The notes under the pieces are model-generated. The model was not told the origin of the DNA. It saw only the letters and a program-made list of their open reading frames with translations, and searched no databases. From Phoronis australis (Eukaryota; Animalia; Phoronida): a DNA stretch of 64,000 nt. Shown piece by piece: positions 57,500-64,000 of the stretch. The stretch spans positions 186,613 through 250,612 of the forward strand of contig NMRA01000472.1 of assembly GCA_002633005.1 (NCBI GenBank), given 5' to 3'. The position numbers and the translations under genes were made by a program. Each line of letters opens with the position of its first letter. Within the stretch, counting starts at the first letter, position 1.

Positions 57500-58690
57500 T
57501 TTTCATGCGCCCTTGTATTTATATGTGGGTGCATATTGCCGTCATATCCATCTGGGTGTGTACCGCCTGCGGCTGTATCTCCTAAATGCCTTTCAGGAAC
57601 TTACTGAAATTTGGCAGGTGAGGACAGAGGATGACGAGTTTTGGACCGACCCGAGTACCACTGTGCCCCCTAGTGGCAATTTTAGTTTTGTTACGTTTAC
57701 CTCTGTTTCTTCAACGGATTTTCATGAAATTTGGCACATATGCATCTACTAATGAGATTATGCTTTCCTCCTGTTTTCAGAAGGATTCGAGATAGTTTGC
57801 GCCTTCGAGTGGTGGCTTTTAATGTTTTCGAGTCTGTTTTTGGCATCAGCCCCACTATTCATCACCTCAGTGTTTAACGATGGTTGTGACAATTGGCACT
57901 ATGCTCTTAGTGTAAAGAGGATGGTTGGCGATGATTTTCCGACAACTTCGACTGCTGTGGCGCCTCCTAGTGGCAGATTGGCTTTTTTTCACCCGTAGTT
58001 GTATCTTTTAAACTCATTGCTGGATCTTTATCAAATTTGGTAAGAGTTTTCATTTGAAGTTGAAAACGGGAGACAACAACTTTGGACGGATCTGACGTAT
58101 GATGTGCTCCCTAGTGGCAATTTTATTTTTTCATTTTTCCTCTGTTTCTCTGAAGTTCCTTCTTACAGATTTTTGTGAAATTTGGTAAATAACCATGTAT
58201 CAAAGAATCGATGATATTTTCCCGTTTTTGGATGGATTTGACGTATTTTGCGTCATCTAGTAGCCATATGTACTGTCTTCTAGTCTATTTCTGGCGTCCG
58301 CCACTCTATCAACCAAACCACTCTAAGGATGATTGAGAAAATTGGCGTATATGTTTTTAGTGTGAAGAAGGCAGTTAATGATGATTTTCTGACGACTACA
58401 AGTACTGTGGAACCACCTAGTGGCAGTTTTTTGCGCCCATAGCTGTATCTCTTAATCCCACTGCAAGATCTTTAATAAATTGAGCAAGTGTATTTATATG
58501 AAGTTGATAAAACTCGATAACGACTTTCAGATGAATCCACCGAACCCTGTGCCCTTTAGTGGCAATAGTGTCTATGTTTTTAGTGTGAAGAAGGCAGTTA
58601 ACGATGATTTTCTGACGACTACGAGTACTGTGGCACCACCTACTGGCAGTTTTTTGTACCCATAGCTGTTTCTCTTAAACCCACTGCAGT
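57500..58690 (+). mobile_element. HINE copy downstream of orphan ORF copy 1
   Basis: 5' hairpin at 57505-57535; core motifs at 57663, 57799, 57960, 58104, 58250, 58410, 58548. Confidence 0.75.
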
Positions 58691-58694
58691 ATCT

Positions 58695-59192
58695 AGTTTT
58701 ACTCAGCCTGTTGAGTCTGACTTGAACCATTCCTTGCCAACTGGCCATGACGAGTCCACTCCAAGTGACCAAGAACAGCAGGATTTTGATGGTGTAAATT
58801 GTGAAGATGCAGATACTGGGATTTCTTACACGGTCTTTGATCACAAGTTGTTCATTTCCTTACCAAAGCTGTTAAAACTTGCTGGCATGGAAAAGCATGT
58901 TCATCACGAAGGATACATTCTGCTTAACAAAGTTCTGACTAGACTGAAGTTTTCCTGCATCAAGTCCTGTTACGTTTTTAAGGCTAGCTGCATCAGAACT
59001 CATATCTGGATATTGCCTCTTCTGAAAATACTTAAGCATACCAGAGCTGGGAGAACTGAAAAGAGGGAAGAAGTTCTCGAACTCCTTTTTGACTTGCTAC
59101 ATAGACTGGCTGCTTTAGGTGCCGCCAACTTATACAAAAGTCTTCAAGAAGACATAACTGTTCTGTTAAGCATATGGGAAACGACATTATAT
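58695..59192 (+). pseudogene. Orphan ORF copy 2, 5'-truncated and frameshifted
   Basis: Homology starts abruptly after HINE sequence at ~58690. gccaacttatacaaaag versus gccaaaatacaaaag in copy 1 gives a 2-nt insertion near 59128. Confidence 0.6.
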
Positions 59193-59537
59193 GACAGTGT
59201 TCGTGTTTTACATATTAGTAACTGGCAAGGTATGAAACCATTCCTTCATGTTGTTAAATGAAGAGAAAGAAGAGTCTTATTATATTCAGTAAGGTGGTGT
59301 TATCAAAATGGAAGTCTCGGCTTATACCCTAACGTTAGTTTCTTTCAAGTTTGGCGAGATAACGCATTTCGTTGGAGGTGTCATAATTCCCGTATCACGA
59401 AATCATCATTATCCATTCTGCAGAATTGAGGGGTCGCCTTGTACAATTGACGTAGTTTTCAAAATGTAGGGCCGCTAACACTATTCAGGGCCGAGAAAGG
59501 CTGTTAGTGAAGAATGTTTTATCTTGCCTCATTCAGG

Positions 59538-60345
59538 TTTTTATTTGCACAAGTATATTTAGATGTGGCTGCATATTGCCGTCATCGCTGGCCGTCCACG
59601 GCTATATCACCTAAACCCCTTCCAGAATTTTATTGAAATTTGGCAGGTGTGTTCCTATGGGGCTGACGACAGAGTGCGACGAGTTTTGGACCAACCCGAT
59701 TACCAGTGTGCCCCCTAGTGGCAATTTTATAGTTTTTTACGTTTACCTCTGTATCTTCAACAGATTTTCATGGAATTGGGCACTTGTTCATTTATTAATG
59801 AGGTCACGCGTTTTTCCTGTTTTCGGACGAGGTTATTGCGTCATCTGGTGTCTGTTTTTACTGTTTTCGAGTCTGATTTTTGGCATCAGCCCCTCTATCA
59901 ACCAATCCACTCTAACGATGTTTGTAAAAAGGATGGTTGACTGACTACTTTAACTGCTATGTCACCTCCTTGTGGCAGTGTTTTTTGCGCCCTTAGCTGT
60001 ATTTCTTAAACCCACTGCGGGATCTTTATTAAATTTGGCAAGTGTACTTATATGAAGTTGATGAAATACGATAATGATTTTCAGATGGATCCGACAAACT
60101 GTTTCCCTTAGTGGCAATTTCATTTTTTCATTTGCCTCTGTTTCTCTGATGTTTTTTGACAGATTTTTAGGAATTTTGGTAAATAACTTTATATTAAAGA
60201 AACGTTGACATGTTCTGGTTTCTGGATGGATTGGACATATTTTGCGCCATCTAGTGGCGATTCTATGATACAGATAAACACTCCTAGAAGCACACCGTTT
60301 GCGGTGCATTCGTGGGCTCATTTCAATGCAGTGCATTGATCTTTT
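59538..60345 (+). mobile_element. HINE copy downstream of orphan ORF copy 2
   Basis: Same insertion site as the 57500 copy (tgcctcattcag|). Motifs at 59708 and 60244; 3' end gaagcacaccgtttgcggtgcattcgtgggctcat. Confidence 0.75.
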
Positions 60346-60819
60346 CTCAGTTTTCAAGGGCTTCTAACCTTGTGAATGCCCACAAATTTTCAAAACTTTG
60401 TTTGATAGTAGCTGTGCTACAAAACCTGAACGTGGAAAATCATTTAATTTTGTGCTACATGTCTTTCTTGAAGAAATGATGAAACAAAATGTCATCTATC
60501 GGCCATACTGTGTCCTAAATTGACAAGATTTTACCACAGTAACCCATGAATGGACTCAAATACTTAGAGACGTGGCTATAGGACTGTGTGTTGTAGTTAC
60601 CTTCCCACCAGGACCCTTTGTGATTGTATGTGTTCATGTGGAACAGTTTCTGGAAAATAATCTGAGCACATCGGAAACTATAGGTTGTTTTATGTTTACA
60701 GGGGACTGTTGTGCATTCCCACGTGGCAACAACTGCATCAATTAAATGTGTCACAAGTCCCATGAAAATGGACAACACCTTTAGTGGCAGAGTATGAATA
60801 TTTTCAAAAATTTTAAAGA

Positions 60820-61245
60820 AAGCACTCTGTAGCCAGATCAGCTTGAAACTGTAGGTTGCATTTGACAACAGAGAAGAGTTTGTTTTGTCAAGTCAAGTTG
60901 ATAGTGACCCAGTATTGTCTGATAAGGCCGAAAGTATAAGCTTCTGACCAAAGAAAGCTTTGTTTTGTCAGATCAAATTGAGATTCATTGTAACCTCTTA
61001 CAAAAATTGGCTTCATATTTTCAGGTCAGATCGAAACTACCTTCTGACAAAAAATATCATTTTGTCCAATCGGGTTGAGATTCATTGTAACCTCTGACAA
61101 TGATAATTCTGTATTGTAAGATCAGGTTGAAACTGTAACATCTGACAAAATATTGTCTATTTTGTCAGATATCAAGTTTAATGAGATACTTTGTGAACTC
61201 TGACAAAACAATTTTGCATTATCAGATCATGTTGAAAGTGTAGTC
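60820..61245 (+). repeat. Second copy of the ~48-52 bp tandem repeat array
   Basis: Same units as 55840-56490, directly upstream of ORF copy 3. Confidence 0.85.
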
Positions 61246-61926
61246 TTGCAGAAAAATGAACCTTTATTTCCAGCAGTGGTGGAATCTATAGTCTCGGTGA
61301 AAAGTGAGCCTCAGTTCACGTGCTTTCCTGACCACGATGCCTCAGTTCACGACTGTAACGAGTATGTTGGGAATGACTGTGCGTCTATGTTGTCTGATAA
61401 GGAAATGTTGGACGTGTCTGCTGTATCTAGTTGTACACAGCCTGTTGAGTCTGACTTGAACCATTCCTTGCCAGCTGGCCATGACGTGTCCACACCAAGT
61501 GACCAAGAACAGCAGGATTTTGATGGTGTAAATTGTGAAGATGCAGATACTGGGATTGCTTACACCTTCTTTGATCACAAGTTGTTCATATCCTTACCAA
61601 AGCTGTTAAAACTTGCTGGCCTGGAAAAGCATGTTCATAAGAGAGGATACTTGCAATTTAACAAAGTTCTGACTCGATTTAAGTTTTCCTGTATCAAGTC
61701 CTGTTACGTTTTTAAAGCTGGCAACATCAGAACTCATATCTGGATATTGCCTCTTCTGAAAATACTTGAGCATACCAGAGCTGGGAGAACTGAAAAGCGG
61801 GAAGAAGTTCTCGAACTCCTGTTTGACTTGCTACAAAGACTGGCTGCTTTAGGTACCGCCAAAATACGAAAGTCTTCAAGAAGACCTAACTGTTCTGTTA
61901 AGCATATGGTAATTGACAAGATATGA
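61246..61926 (+). CDS. Orphan ORF or exon, copy 3 (226 aa)
   Basis: Colinear with copy 1, same stop position, no indels. The first ~204 nt are identical to copy 1. Confidence 0.45.
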   Translation: MQKNEPLFPAVVESIVSVKSEPQFTCFPDHDASVHDCNEYVGNDCASMLSDKEMLDVSAVSSCTQPVESDLNHSLPAGHDVSTPSDQEQQDFDGVNCEDADTGIAYTFFDHKLFISLPKLLKLAGLEKHVHKRGYLQFNKVLTRFKFSCIKSCYVFKAGNIRTHIWILPLLKILEHTRAGRTEKREEVLELLFDLLQRLAALGTAKIRKSSRRPNCSVKHMVIDKI

Positions 61927-62269
61927 CAGTGTTCGTGTTGTGTATAGTGGTAACTGGCAAGGAGTGTGAAACCATTCCTTCATGGTAGTCAATGAAAAAG
62001 AAGAACGTTTTATTACATTCGATAAGTTGGTGCTATCAAAATAAAAGTCTGGGCTTATACACTAACGTTAGTTCCTTTCACGTTTGGCGAGATAAGGCAG
62101 TTGTTTGGAGGTGTCATAATTCCCATTTTTCGAAACATTCCATCTCCATTTTGCGGCCGGGGTCGATGGCCTGGTACAATTGATGTAGTTTTCAAAATGT
62201 AGGACCGATGACACTCTTCTGGGCCGAGAAAGGCTGTTAGTGAAGAATGCTTCATCATGCCTTATTCAG

Positions 62270-63464
62270 GTTTTCATGTGCCCTTAAATTGATATGTGGG
62301 TGCATATTGCAGTCATCTCTGTCTAGGCGTCTGTCGTCCGCAGCTGTATCTCCTAAATCCCTTGCTGGATCTTACTGAAATTTGGCAGGTGAGAACAGAG
62401 GACGAGACGAGTTTCGGACCGACCCGAGTTCCTCTGTGCTCCCCAGTCGCAATTTTCATTTTATTTGCATTTACCTGTTTCTTCAACAGATTTTCATGAA
62501 ATTTGGCACATATGCATCTACTAATGCGCTGATGGTTTCCTCCTTTTTTCGGGTGGATTCATGGTATTTTGCTCCATTTAGTGGCTGTTTTTACTGTTTT
62601 CATGTCTGTTTTTTAGCATCAGCCCCACTATCAATCAAACCACTCTAACGATGGTTCTGAAAATTGGCGTATATGTTCTTAGCGTGAAGAGGACAGTTGA
62701 CGATGATTTTCCTACAACTTTGACTGCTGTGGCACCTCCTAGTGGCAGTTTTGTTTTTTTGCACCCATATCTGTATGTCCTAAACCTACTACAGGATCTT
62801 CATTTAATTTGGAAAGTGTTTTTATATGAACAAAAGATCAAAACGGAAGACGACTGTAGTCGGATGCGACGAATGCTGTGCCCCCCAGTGGCAATTTTAT
62901 ATTTTTCATTTTTCCTCTATTTATCTGAAATTTCTTGACAGATTTTTGTGAAATTTGGTAAATAACTTTCTATGAAACGGTATTTTCCTGCCTTTTCGGA
63001 TGAATTCGACGTATTTTGCATCACCTTGTGGCCATTCTTATTGTCTCCTAGTCTCTTTCTGGCGTTCATCCCTGTATCAACCAAACCACTCTTGGGATGA
63101 TTGTGAAAATTGGCGTATATGTTTTTAGTGTGAAGAAGGCAGGTACTACTGCGGCACCTCCTAGTGGCAGTTTTGTTTTTTGCGTCCATAGTTGTAGCTG
63201 TTAAACCCACTGCAAGATCTTTGTTAAATTTTACAAATATATTGATTTGAACTTGATAAAATACGATAACGGCTTTCAGATGAATCTGACGAACCCGTGC
63301 TCCCTAGTGGCAATCTTATTTTTTGTTTTCCTCTGTTTCTCTGATGTTCCTTGACGGATTTTAGGAAATTTGATAAATAATTTTCTATTAAAGAAACAAT
63401 GATTTGTTCCAGTTTTCGGATGGATTCAACGAATTTTGCGCCATCTAGTGGGAACTTGTACTGT
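62270..63464 (+). mobile_element. HINE copy downstream of orphan ORF copy 3
   Basis: Same insertion site; A-B-C monomers; interrupted at ~63465 by a younger copy. Confidence 0.75.
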
Positions 63465-64000
63465 TTTTATGCGCCCACATATTTATATGTGGACGCATTA
63501 TGCCGTCATCTCCGTCCGTCTGTCCGTCCGTCCGTCCGTCCGGCGTCCGGCGTCCGCTGCTCTATCTCCAAAACCCTTTGACATACGTTCATGAAATCTG
63601 GCACATATGTTCCATTCATGAATGGGACGGCATGTGCGAACTTTCGGACGGATCCGACTACCGGTGTGCCCCCTGGTGGCAATTTTAGTTTTTTACGCTT
63701 ACCTTTGTATCTTCAAAAGTCCTCAACGGATTTTCATGAAATTTGGTATGTAGGCACCTATTAGCGAGATGACGCTATCCTCCTGTTTTCAGATGGATTC
63801 GACGTAGTTTGCGCCACCTAGTGGCCATTTTTACTGTTTTCGAGTCTGTATTTTTGCGTCCACCCCTCTATCAACCAAACCGCTCAAAGGATGATTGTGA
63901 AAATTGGCGTGTATGTGCTTACTATAAGGAAGACAGCTGACAATGATTTTCAGACGATTTGGACTACTGTGGCGCCTCCTAGTGGCAGTTTTGTTTTTTT
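63465..64000 (+). mobile_element. Young HINE copy, runs off the window end
   Basis: Near-perfect 5' hairpin ATGCGCCCACATAT-tt-ATATGTGGACGCAT at 63469-63498, long (GTCC)n tract at ~63510-63558, core motifs at 63666, 63811, 63972. Confidence 0.82.

Overview
Eukaryotic (invertebrate-animal-like, about 40% GC, TE-rich) genomic DNA; no prokaryotic features. (1) 7.6-39.4 kb: three intact tandem + strand paralogs of a six-exon 11-beta-hydroxysteroid dehydrogenase 1-like short-chain dehydrogenase/reductase (294, 291 and 297 aa). All exons have GT-AG ends and compatible phases. The cofactor and catalytic motifs are intact, and the paralogs differ at the substrate-pocket residue equivalent to human Y177 (S/Q/H). 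(2) A very abundant non-autonomous Helentron-type (HINE/DINE-1-like) element. It has a 5' subTIR hairpin, a (GTCC)n tract, a central array of 145-160 bp monomers in an A-B-C higher-order repeat, and a 3' subTIR plus hairpin. Nearly every monomer carries a CTCF-consensus-like motif, and every copy I found has the same orientation. This is the most unusual signal in the window. (3) 55.8-63.5 kb: a triplicated unit made of a decayed 48-bp/16-aa repeat array, a ~230-aa orphan ORF with a possible DNA-binding fold, and a HINE. (4) Many DNA-transposon derivatives: MITEs with 5-bp TSDs, Kolobok-type TTAA elements, foldback elements, and possible decayed transposase fragments at 44-51 kb. (5) Four apparent tandem duplications sit at single-N gaps and are most likely uncollapsed haplotype overlaps. 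All calls come from reading the sequence by eye; no database searches were run.
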